Assembly: GCF_009914755.1 (NCBI RefSeq)
Contig: NC_060938.1
Source of the DNA: the human T2T-CHM13v2.0 reference genome, Homo sapiens
Length of the DNA: 64,000 nucleotides
Direction: 5' to 3' (one strand)
Below are positions 52,760 through 64,000 of this stretch, piece after piece (the stretch's first letter is position 1; each line of letters starts with the position of its first letter). A model generated the notes under the pieces. The model saw only the letters and a program-made list of their open reading frames with translations, had not been told where the DNA came from and did no database searches. The position numbers and the translations under genes were made by a program.

Positions 52760-53300
52760 AAGTACATTTTAATATGTTTTCCACTTATTAAAATAATACA
52801 TGATCATTTTAGAAAAAATTTAAATGTACAAAAAGTATAAAGAAAATAAACTTTATAATCCTACTACGTAGAGATAACTACTATTAACATTTTGGGGTGT
52901 CTAACACTTACATGGTTTATTTTCATAGCTAAGATCATACCGTACAGTTCTGTATCATTTTTTCACATAATATATCGTTAATATTTCCTCACCTCATTAA
53001 AAGCTCTTCATAAGCATTATTTTTGATGCTACATAATATTTCATCATATGGTTGTACTTAAATACCATGACCTCTTCACCTTCATTAAATAGTTAGGTTG
53101 TTTCCATTTTTCCTATTATACATAATGTTCTAAAGGATATTTTTGTTCATCAATTTTAGTCCACACCAATGATTATTTCCTTAGGATTTACTAGGTCAAA
53201 GGATCCACTGACAAACTGCTTTCCAGAAAAATGACATCAATTTATGCTACCTGTAGCTGGGTTTCAGAGAGCTCATTTCATCATGTCCTTACCATGGTTC
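52760..53300 (-). mobile_element. L1ME-like fragment
   Basis: gagataactactattaacattttgg ... ttaggttgtttccattttt ... ttactaggtcaaagg ... ctttccagaaa. Confidence 0.6.
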
Positions 53301-53384
53301 TTTCATATGGGCTTGGCCATTCTCAAGTATTGCTTTTCATTATGTTTCTAAAGTTTGAAGTTAAAGGGCTTTTGAATTATGGAG

Positions 53385-53525
53385 TGGGGGTTGGAGGTAT
53401 TATGGACAGCCTTCCAAGTAGATAGACCTGTGTAAAGATGACCAGAGGAGCACCTGAAAAGCCCTGTGGCCTTTCTTCCCTTCCCTGTGGCAACACGGCC
53501 TTGTGGAGAGCACAGTCTCTGCCAT
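53385..53525 (-). pseudogene. TAS1R-like exon 5 remnant (cysteine-rich domain)
   Basis: CSPQ.....GKGRKATGLFRCS...WKAVHNTSNP vs TAS1R3 [20 protein letters not shown]...CEAGSYRQNP; two lost Cys codons are one change from TGC (TCC, TGG). Confidence 0.65.
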
Positions 53526-53764
53526 TTGACATACCTGTCCCATTCCCATCTACCCATCACCTGTGTAATATCGGGGGAGAGAGGTAAGCCTCACGAGACT
53601 TATTTTCCTTATCTGTAAAATGAAATATTAATGCCTATCTTGCTGCAGGGATTAAATGTGAAAGTGCCTGATATTTTTCCTTGCCCCTGGTTAGTCCTTC
53701 CTATCAAGGTTAAGGACTATTTCAAGAGCTAGATAAAACAGGGTACGTGTCTTCAACAGGTCAC

Positions 53765-53969
53765 AGCATATACACTCTCCCATCATTTATCTGACTGGCG
53801 AGTTGAGATATTAAACGCTTGCATGGTTGTAATCTTGCAGAGTGAAAGTATGGGGCCTTCAAAACACCAGCTTTGGGGAGGGAACATCTGGGAATATAGA
53901 AGCCAAAATGGGAAATTTTCATAAGATTTATTTCACGATATTTCAACTGATAAGATATGGTTGCTGTCT
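53765..53969 (-). pseudogene. TAS1R-like exon 4 remnant
   Basis: Acceptor ctctgtgttcctag and donor gtgacc bound 205 nt (TAS1R3 exon 4 is about 68 codons). WCFEGPILSL starts 100 nt in, where TAS1R3 has WVWQGSVPRL and TAS1R1 has WDWNGP. A TGA sits at the later conserved Trp. Confidence 0.6.
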
Positions 53970-54049
53970 CTAGGAACACAGAGGTGACTGGCATGGAGTT
54001 AACTGTTCATTAAAATGGATCTCACCCCCTATTGTATATCTACTGTAAA

Positions 54050-54160
54050 GCTTTTTAAAGCTCCACTCAGACCAACTGAGCTGGAATCTCTGTGAGATGG
54101 AGCCCGGGTATCTGTAATTTTAGAAACTCCCTAGCTGATTCTGATTCATGGCCACAGTTT
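54050..54160. mobile_element. MER5A-like fragment
   Basis: cagaccaactgagctggaatctctg...gggtatctgtaattttagaaactccctagctgattctgat. Confidence 0.65.
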
Positions 54161-54544
54161 ACATTTAATGGATAGTGTGGTTCATAGGTTCTGGAATGTG
54201 AGAGCTTGGAATGGTCATCCAAACCTTTAATTAAACACTCTTGATTTATGGATTAGCAACTCAAGCTTGAAGTCTGTCAGTTACCTGCCAAACATCACAT
54301 AGTTTGATAATGATGGGATGAAAATCTAGAATTATAGTACATTGATAGAATATCTTTAAGAGGTTTAGTAGCAAAAAGACAAATCTCTTAGAAAGCAAAA
54401 ATTAATTTTTTGAAAGCAATTACTGCCACTTGGCAAACAGACTTTACCGCTTTCTTTTTAGAATTATCATATTTCATGTTGTATGTATATGCAGGATGAA
54501 AAAATCAGATCTCAGTTCTCACTTGGATAAAGGGCCAAAAAATA

Positions 54545-55483
54545 CTGGCTTTGCCACTTGCTCTCCCCCAGGAAGTGAGCACTCCTGGCTGCAATGCAGT
54601 CTTTGTTTCCTCTCCTACAGTACATTCAGTCCTCTTTTCTGGTTTTCAGAACTGCTTGAGTGTGCAATGATCCAGGTGTAGATGATGTGAAAAAGGTCCT
54701 CCACTGGCAGCCCCTCTAAAACTTTTTAATTTCTAAAGTGTAATTCTTATATTGCCATGAACTTTGGGAAGATGCCCTCACTCTCCTTAATACTGTTTCT
54801 TCTTTAAATATTGGGAGGGGGGTGGCAGATGTTAAAAATTGCTTAGGTATACAATAGTGGAGGTATGATGATGTCCTTGGGTGACAAAAGGACTTAACTA
54901 AATCATTTTTTTTTTTTGCTGTTTAATTTTAACTACAGACAGCCTGTTAATGAACTTTTAATCACATTATTTATGAAGTCTTAACTATAACACTATTTTA
55001 ACTTTTAAAGGTTTCCAGGAAAAAAATGCCTACCCATACAAAAATGCCTGGCTGGTTTTTACTCATTTGGGGCCATGTTGGGAAACACTGAGTCCTAAAA
55101 TATCGCTTAACGGCCCTGGGTTCGCAGCTGACAAGTTCTTAACATTTATAGTGATTCTAGAGACCCTCCGTATCTACTGCTACAGTTCCTTCCCTCAGTA
55201 TTTTTCTTGGATTGGATTTATGGCCAACTGGTTGTAATTGACTCTCTACTGGGACAAGTTAGGATATGAGCATATGACTTTCCTTTTCAAAAAAAAAGGG
55301 AGAGAGAAAGAGAGCAAGAAAGAGAGACCAAGAAAAAAATCATCATTGATATTTATCTTAAACCTCCTTCATTTCCAGCTTCTCTGGCAGCAAGTCAAGC
55401 TGCTGTCATAAAGTAGAACTCTAAGTACGAGGGGTTTCTAGAGAAAGGATGCTGCGCTGAATGCACAACCACATAAGAAAGAG
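54545..55483 (-). pseudogene. TAS1R-like exon 3 remnant (Venus flytrap)
   Basis: Intact acceptor tgtcttttttcattcag just before SY (55473-55478), followed in order by SFL/PS, TAA, W-K-TGA (55369-55377; WNW), NDDF (55336-55347; DDEY), GLSF, IC..LVP, VWVG..SW (VWVASEAW), IAH (54660-54668), LHCSQEC (54579-54599; LQCNASGC) and KP (54546-54551). Confidence 0.75.
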
Positions 55484-55996
55484 CTGAATGAAAAAAGACA
55501 AGCATTTTCTATTTTTTAGGGTACACACGACACCTAAGTCTTGCCACAAAAGTGGAATCTGCCACCTGAGATTCCAGGCTGGAAAGGAAAAGTGGTCATA
55601 AACAGTCTAAGCTGTCTAAGACAGCGGATGTGAAAATCTCTATCAGCAATTCCCACAAGCAAAGCCCTGTCAAGCTATGCAAGCCTTCCCAGCCCCAGCA
55701 GTGCTGTTCCCCAGCTCTCTCCATGCAACTGATCTGTGGGTCTTTTTGCAGATATTCATTGATTACACTACTTCCCCAAAGAAAGAAAAACTAATTAAGG
55801 TTTTACACATTACATGAGACTCTGAAATTATTTATAGTTTAACCCACCATGACTGCTTTTGAGGAGAGAAAAAAAAGAAATAATTCTGTACATGGAAATG
55901 AAATGTTTATAAGTTTATCCCCTAAAAAAAACCTTCACTGCCATGGCTACTTTCCAAAGTACAAAATATTACTCTAATTTTAAAAATCTGAAATCA

Positions 55997-56405
<409 letters not shown>

Positions 56406-56426
56406 TCATTCTATTAAACAGCTTAC

Positions 56427-56726
56427 AGTTTTCCCTTCCAATGGACTCATGCAAAAGTTAAATACTTCTGAATCCTGTTTTATGTTAAAGTCCTGATAAT
56501 GTAAATAGTCCAGTGGAGCATTTTTAGTCATAAGCACCAAAAGAACATCACACACCTGACTGCTTTACCTGGGTATGAGCAAAGAGTGCTGGTTTCTGTA
56601 CAAAGCTGTTGACCACAGTGGATTGCCCATTCAGGTTGCTGAATAACATTCAACAGAATGGGAGGACTGTTAATGGTGACCACCCGATTCAAGGTGTCAG
56701 CCCACCTTGGTTTTGATTCCTCAAGC
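56427..56726 (-). pseudogene. TAS1R-like exon 2 remnant
   Basis: RWADTLNRVVTINSPPILLNV vs TAS1R3 [21 protein letters not shown] and CASR INSSPALLPNL; CTE (56594-56602); VMFF; DYLHYQ (56493-56510; NYTQYQ); DSEV, FNFCMSP; donor gtaagc. About 300 nt vs about 301 nt for TAS1R3 exon 2. Confidence 0.72.
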
Positions 56727-56934
56727 TTCACACCATCTTTACATTCTGCCACGGTGAAGCAGAGAAGCAGCAGCCCTGGCACACGGCATTCAACACTTAT
56801 GGACCTGCTGTTGCCTGGAGAAGGGCATATGGATGCAAACCTTGGGTAACATGGACTTCAGAGAGCATTACTGGAGCCCTGTGCTCAACTATGAGAACCA
56901 GTATCCTCTAGTAATAAAAGGAGCCAAGAATTTT

Positions 56935-57135
56935 TGAATGTGTAATTGTATTAAGGCCTTAAAGCATTCACAAGAACCTGAGAAGGGAGGTAATATTATT
57001 ATTTCCATGTTATAGATGAAGAAACTGAGGCTTGAAAAGTTAAATAACTTGTCCAAGACCACATAGCAAGTAGCAGAGCTCACATTAAAAACTGGGCCTA
57101 CCTGTTTCCAAAGTCCATGCTCATAACCAATACAC
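56935..57135 (-). mobile_element. MIR
   Basis: ttatagatgaagaaactgaggcttgaaaagttaaataacttgtccaagaccaca. Confidence 0.85.
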
Positions 57136-57159
57136 AATACAGGGAAATTAACAGTCTCT

Positions 57160-57350
57160 TCAACAGTGCCATCTACTAACCTGGGCTGTTCATGCTGCTT
57201 CCCCTGCAGGGCTGATACGCTGAGGTAGAAGGATACCCACTCAGGATAGACAGAAAGAATCAAGTGCTTCTTGGACTGTTTCAGTAAGATCAGTGCCTTT
57301 TACTCAGGGTATCTTAAATGGCACCTCTGTTTGTCTTGACAAGATCCTTA
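57160..57350 (-). pseudogene. Possible TAS1R-like exon 1 remnant
   Basis: ILSG (LSG at 57236-57244; VLGG), then 59 nt on (L to P) QPRLVD-GGC, matching the PxxxxC spacing with GGC one change from TGC; start codon not preserved. Confidence 0.4.
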
Positions 57351-57660
57351 TGAGATTGGGTGACATAATCACAGTTCTACAGACGTGTTACAGTAGTTTG
57401 GGGTTCTATCAGTGGTTTCTTTATTTCTTGTTTAGCACATAATTTCACAGTAACATAAATGATTTATTTAGTGACTATATGTGTGAGGCTTCAGGCCGAG
57501 CACTTTGCAACTTGCTGCAGGCCATTAAACGGCATCAGTAATTGGGTCATCCCTGAGAATCTATCTGTGGGTGGACCCGTGCACCCTCCAAATGGATAAA
57601 ACTCCCATGTGGACAGATTAGAGATGTCATACCACTACCCAATCCCCAAGATATTAAGAG

Positions 57661-57836
57661 TTGCCCTGGTAGTGGTATGCACCTGTGTAGTCTCAGCTAC
57701 TCTGGAGGCTGAGGTGGGAGGACTGTTTGAGTCCAGGTCACAGCTGCAGTGAGCTATGATTGTGCCACTGCACTCCCCCGCCTGGGAGACAGAGCAAGAC
57801 CCTATCTCTATAAAAAAATAAATAAATAATAAAAAA
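57661..57836 (+). mobile_element. Alu monomer (FRAM / AluJ right arm)
   Basis: tagtctcagctactctggaggctgaggtgggagg ... gacagagcaagaccctatctct plus A tail. Confidence 0.85.
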
Positions 57837-60800
57837 ATTTTTTTTAAAGAATAGCACTGTTTCTTGGACACTAATTCTAAGAAAGGCGCCTTTTTACATC
57901 TGGCTCAAGCCCTGAGTCAGCAACTGGAAACATATACTCTAGGTATGCTAAGGAGAAACTATTAACCATGCAAACTAGCCCCAAATGGCTTTTCTGATTA
58001 TTTGTTAGCATGCAGGTGGCTTGGAGAAGAGGACTGCAATTCTAGAATGTTAGTTTTTGTAGTATGAGAAAATCATAACTTTTTTTTTCCAGGAACTTGT
58101 TTTGCCATAGATTTAAGGCAGTAATTTGTTACAGGCAAGACATTTATAGGGGCTGTGTTATCAATGCTAGAATCATCAAGAAATTCTATCAGAAGACACA
58201 ATGTTTAAGTATAGGTCTAATTACTGCAATCATTTCTTTTTGTTTCCTTTGCCCAGATCCACTTAATCCCATCTCTTAGTGTGGGCACAAGCTGACAGTT
58301 GCATGACAAGGAATGTTTCCCTTTGTAAAAAACCCACTTCCTTTCTGTGTAGTTTTAGCCTAATTGAAATGTTTCCTATTAAGCTCAATCAAGGCAGCAA
58401 TTATCTAATTACTCACTTATGCTTTTCCAGCCAAAAATTTGCCTATGCTGGTATACTGGAATGAGAGTGAACATATTTATTATTGCTTTTACGTTTTTCT
58501 GTTTGGGACAATAATCATAAACATTTACTTCCAGTTCACCAGAATATATCTAATTAATACTGCTATTTTCTATAGAATCATATTACTGCAAGCTACAACC
58601 CAGTGTCGAGTGTGTCCCTGTCTATGAAATGTGCTTTCAGACTTGTGGTTATGCTACATGAGTGGTGTCATTGGAGAATGGTAATAAGGAAAGAGGCTAG
58701 TGAAAACAAATATCAAACAAATATTCAGTCGTTTCAAAGCCACGAGTTTTATGGCTTTAAAAATAAAAAGTGAATCACTTAGATTTAATTGAGAAAATAA
58801 TTTTTATAGCATCACTTTAAAGAAACATGTATCCTGCATGTCTGGGTTTTCTCTTGATACAAATCCCTCAGGTCTCAAGATGATCACAACCAGTCAACAA
58901 CACAGGTGGTCCACACTTTTTAGGTATAAATTGGAGACATATATCATTAAAACCAGAATTAATTTTAGAGTTAGTGACCCTGTGAGGTCACTCCTGATTA
59001 ACTCCCATTTTGATTGAGGTTGTACCAAAACACAAGGGACAAACTGAGTATGAGGGATTGATATTTTCATTTCCAGACAATACATCTTATCATCATTCTC
59101 ATCATAAATGTTAACTAGTGTGGGACTAACACAGCTGTCTGCATAGAAAAAGAACCCCAGAAAACTTGTATACTTCAGAGTAAATTTATAAGGAGGGAAA
59201 GGAACACCTCATCAATCCCTTAAATGTGGCCACTTGACAATCCTTCACCTAAGTTTTCCATAAACCCAGAAAATGACTACATTCGATGAGAATTGCAACA
59301 ACAACAACAAAATAAGTCTAAAAGGAAAACATTCCCTTTACTGGGAAGAGATGAGAGTTTTTGCATTGTGTTGGTAAAGAGAGGAGCATTTTTTTTCATA
59401 TACACAAAATGATGAATGAGCTATATGCAATATTAGTAACCCTAGAGATTAGTAACCTAGATAATGAGTTATCTACAAAGATAACACTTCACTTTCTAGT
59501 AACAGATTTATCTCAAGTATACTCTGAGTGATGATTAGTAAATTAAGCCTAACTGGCCAGCCATTAGGGATCGGGGAGATGTCTTTCCCCAAACTACTTG
59601 TTACCTGCTTCACAATATGGAGAGAAGTCTAGAAAAAGAAAATGCATTTTATCTTGAAGATGGTCCTAAGATTCAGGATTCTCTTCTGTTTGTTTATTCC
59701 CTTCGGGAAGGAGGACAGGACAAAAGGTATAGAAAAAGGGAGGAATCGATTTCCTTGTGGGAAGGAAGAGAATAAGGTAATCAGACATTTCCTTTTCACT
59801 GGTCCTTAGGAATTTGGAAGTTTTTGCATATATTCAATAAATGGCTGGAAAATGCATTTTTGTTTCCACATGTTTACTTAAAAGAAGAAAATAACAAGTC
59901 TCAACCTTCTGTCTGCAGTTGGACCCTTCCCTGCTGTTCTCTCTCAAAGCAGCTTTACGCACTCTAAAAAAGGGACTAAATTCAGTTTACCATAGGCAGA
60001 GTGGGAGCCTAGGGTTATTAGGTGAACCCATCATTGACTAAGAACAAACACAGAGGCCAGCGATATTGCGTATCTGTCTCAATCTGCCCTTAACTGACCC
60101 TAAGCAGCACCCAGATCTAGTGAAAGGCAGGTACCTTGAATCTAACAACACCTCTTCCATCACAGACTCACGAACCTCCTGCCTAGCACACAGCAATAAA
60201 CAAAAGGAAACGTGGCATTAAACCAATGCAGTCCTCGTTTCCAACATTATTTAGCTCTTGAAAATTTCAAGTTGAGTTACCATTGCCTTTATTTCCCCTT
60301 CTTACCTTGCACTAGTTCTCATATTTCTATCCTTCCTCCACTGCAATAATTCAATAGAACTAATTATGTCTTTAAAAATAGTTAAATAAGCAAATGACTG
60401 AAATTCTCTTTCCGTTTTCCCTGATCCTGGGTCAACTGGCTCCTCAAGTTTGTCTGAATTGATCCCCTTTCACGTCTGGCCTGAGTCTTCTTTTGAGATG
60501 ATTTGTATGATGTCTCGTTATACCTCTCAAAGTGTGTTGTTGAAGTGGTGCTGACTTATCCAATTTAAAGCAATAACTGGCTGGCAAATCTTAGGATCAT
60601 CAAAATGTCACGCTACAAAAAATAAATATTCCACAATTTCTTAATTACAAATGCGGATTCTACATACATGGTTATCCTAAATTATTCATTTGTGAATCAT
60701 TTTTCCATTTTGTGCAATTTTAATATCTGGTCAGTCTGTTGGTCGTTTTGCTTATAAGACCTATAATGTTAATGCTTTTCTGTTTTTTATAATAGTAAAG

Positions 60801-61059
60801 GCTTTGGCAGAGAGAACATGACAAAAAAAGTAACTTCTTTTATTCTAAAAATGCAAATTATTCTGTGATGCCTTTGAGTCTTTGACTGTAGGTCATGTGT
60901 TGCTGATGATAAATGAAACTACCTGCTTTTCATCAATCTATTAAGATTTTACAAATCAAAGTTATTCAACACAAAGCCCACCTACGATGGGAAAGTCTAA
61001 TGTTAAAAACTTTCCACTTGTCATTGCCCAAGTTAAAAATGTAAGTCACACACTTTAAA

Positions 61060-61230
61060 GCTTGTAAAACTTATAACCCTGGCTACATATTGGAATTACC
61101 TGGAAGTTTTCTAAAAACACTGTTGGGCCTCAACCCAGAGATTCTGAATTAAATGGTATGTGGATTGCCCAGGTATCAAGACTTACGTTAAAATCAGCTG
61201 GGGAGTTTTTAAAAGTTTTGACACCCGGGC
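61060..61230. mobile_element. MER5-like fragments
   Basis: ccctggctacatattggaattacctgg ... aacccagagattctgaattaaatgg. Confidence 0.55.
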
Positions 61231-61284
61231 AATCCACTCCCTTACTCCTTCGCTCCTACTGAAGAACAACAACATAATACTGTA

Positions 61285-61470
61285 GCTAACAATTGGTATC
61301 ACTTACCTTGGACCAGGCATTCATTTAATCTTCACAATAACTCTATGATGTAAATACTATCACTACACTCATTTTAAGATGAAAACTGAGGTTCAGAGAA
61401 GTAACTCGACCAAAGCCAGCTAAAACTGGCAGAACCTGCTTTCCAACCTGGGTCTCCAAAGTTTGTGACC
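61285..61470 (-). mobile_element. MIR
   Basis: catttaatcttcacaataactctatg ... gaaaactgaggttcagagaag. Confidence 0.75.
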
Positions 61471-61769
61471 CTCCTCCTATACTACCTCTCCAACTATTCT
61501 GTTTTCACCATGACCATAGCTGGCTCCCACTCTCCCTGCCCTCAGGGAATATCACAACCCTTGTGCCTTCTTTTGGTTAATGCCCTCATTAATAGTATAA
61601 ATGATTGTATCTAATATTCAGCTAACTTTCAACTCCTGGTCCAGCAAACCTTCATTATCTTAGTTCTCTGTGCTTCACTTGATCATAGTATCTAAGTCAT
61701 GTCTGCCAGCCTTAACTAGGTCCTCACCTGGTCGGCATTAGATAAGAATTACTTTCTATTGCATATGGT

Positions 61770-61920
61770 AACAGAATAATACAGTGGTTAAAAGAAAGGT
61801 CTCTGGAGCCAGACGACCAGGTTTCAAAGCCTAGATTCTTTACTTTCTAGCTTGGGCAAGTTACTTAACCTTTGTGTGCCTCAAATCCTCATCTACAAAA
61901 TAGGGATAATAATGTGTTCT
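61770..61920 (+). mobile_element. MIR
   Basis: ctctggagccagac ... ttgggcaagttacttaacctttgtgtgcctca. Confidence 0.8.
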
Positions 61921-62944
61921 TGTGAGCAGAAAAGTAAGCTGTTGATTAAGCACATTGACTTGCTACATTCTGTTTGTTCTTGATACTGTTTGAATGTTTA
62001 TCTCCTCTCCTAAAGTTTTCTGCTGGTATGAGAAAATGGCCTTATAGAACACCCAGAAGCAATGAAACTGGAACAATTAGGTGGAGGAATAAATGGAGAA
62101 AAAAAAAGTGGATGGAGAGGGAGAGTGGCCTTAGAGATGAGTCAGCCGAGGAGTCAGCACATTCTCACAGGAGAAGTGACTTGGCCACGGCCCTGTCTCC
62201 TCAGAGTGTGTTCCAACAGGAATGTGGTGACAAATATGTACAGAGTAAATGAGATGAGGAAAAAATGAAGAAGTTCAAAGTGAGGAGAAATTAATTCAAA
62301 AGAAAGAAGAAAGAGGGGAGCCTTGGAATTTTACCTACTTCTACTCATTAGTGTTTGACTTCACTAAGGGTAAGAGAAGGCTGACAGGGAAGAAATGAGA
62401 GGCAAGAGACAGCCCAAATCTTGGTGGGAGAGTCGGCTGTGCCCTGAACCACAGGACAATTTGTTCTTAGGACAAGAACCAAAGAAAAGTCAGTCAAGGA
62501 TTACGATGTGGGAACCCTGATGATAAACACACTCAGGATAAAAGAATGAGGGATTCCCCCCGTCAATATTGTGGGTACAAAAATTGAAAACAGGGTGACA
62601 TAATTCTTAGAAATGGAACAATTTGAGATTCAGTTCAATATTAATTAAACTCCTGCTATATGCCAGGCACTGATGATACAGTCTATGCTCCCGCGGAGCT
62701 ATACTCTAAAGGAGAAACACTTTCTCAACAGGTGATCAAAAGAGAAGAGAGCAGGTGAGACTGAGGAGATGCTTTATGTTCAGCTGAGGATAACAAGTAC
62801 AGATCAGGCTGTTGGTGAGGGCAGCTGAATGTGGCAATAAAATAACTGTTAGTTAAGAATAAATATTACTTCAGAAATATGCATGAGATGAGAAGTAAAT
62901 GTTTGACTGAAGAGACATTAAAAGTAATATTTAAAAGTATATTA

Positions 62945-63235
<291 letters not shown>

Positions 63236-63294
63236 CAACTCTATTATTTAAACTTTCAGAGAGTGCTTTCATCCAAGTTTTATACACTTAGAGA

Positions 63295-63440
63295 TACTGA
63301 ATGAAGCCTATAATAACCTTAGGAGAACGTGATATCATCGTTTTACAAATGAGACATCTAAGGAACAGACAGGTTAACTTCTTTGCCCAAGGTTACACAA
63401 ACAAAGCCAGCTTCAATAATAGAATTCATTTGTCTAGATT
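63295..63440 (-). mobile_element. MIR
   Basis: ttttacaaatgagacatctaaggaacagacaggttaacttctttgcccaaggttacaca. Confidence 0.7.
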
Positions 63441-64000
63441 TCTTGCCAAGATGATGTCAGCCCAACCAACATTTTCCCGAAGTGCAATCCCTGGAACACT
63501 AGTTCTGCACAGTGTTATTATTTTAAGTTTCTATTTTATGGTAAAATAAGTCTTGGACATGCTGGTAAAGAGAGTTAAACAGGTTCCTTACTGTGAGATT
63601 TCTCAGAGCCTTAAAAACGATCATTTCACAGTGAGGGATATAGAATGTGGTGTTTCTTACACTTATTTGATCAGAGAACACTTATTTCATGGATTGTCTC
63701 TCAAATTTAGAGTAACAGAAAATATGCTGGAAAATACTGCACCAATGTGTGTTGAGTTTAGCAAGTTTGACAGATTTGGAATACGGACAGAGATATATAA
63801 ATGTGATTCTTCTTCTACCTCATGAATCATGAGGAATCATGACAAGATGAATCTGGAATAAATAATCCACTTGGAACAGCTTGCCATTAAGCAGAAAGGG
63901 GCTGGTGCCACTAAACTGGACAACCACACTCCATAAATATCTAGGAAACTCTAAGCCTGGATAAGTGTATTTCATTATGGAGAAATCAGATACAAATAAT

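Noticed and set aside
56760-56820. PGN...GLLLL as exon 1 contiguous with exon 2
   Set aside because: Spacing is wrong and it would remove the conserved first intron; 57160-57350 fits better, though weakly.
57221-57240. let-7-like TGAGGTAG seed (also near 28316)
   Set aside because: No let-7 3' sequence and no hairpin.

Overview
Primate (most likely human) genomic DNA with no intact protein-coding exon. An 83-nt hairpin at 17709-17791 (-) matches, from memory, the MIR4503 precursor. That places the window in the large first intron of SLC25A21 (minus strand, 14q13.3, PAX9/NKX2-1 neighbourhood). The window holds the usual Alu, L1, L2, MIR, LTR and DNA-transposon fossils, plus several repeat-poor blocks rich in homeodomain and forkhead motifs. 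The main finding is a heavily decayed six-exon class C GPCR gene on the minus strand at about 57350-41062. Its remnants are collinear with the TAS1R (sweet/umami receptor) exon architecture and are closest by eye to TAS1R3. Recognisable pieces are Venus-flytrap exons 1-4, the cysteine-rich exon 5 and the 7TM exon 6. Exons 2 and 4 have nearly the expected lengths, and exon 3 starts at an intact acceptor just before the conserved SY motif. I do not recall an annotation for it, and it may be a unitary pseudogene of a lost taste-receptor paralogue. All alignments were made by eye against reference sequences recalled from memory and need computational confirmation.
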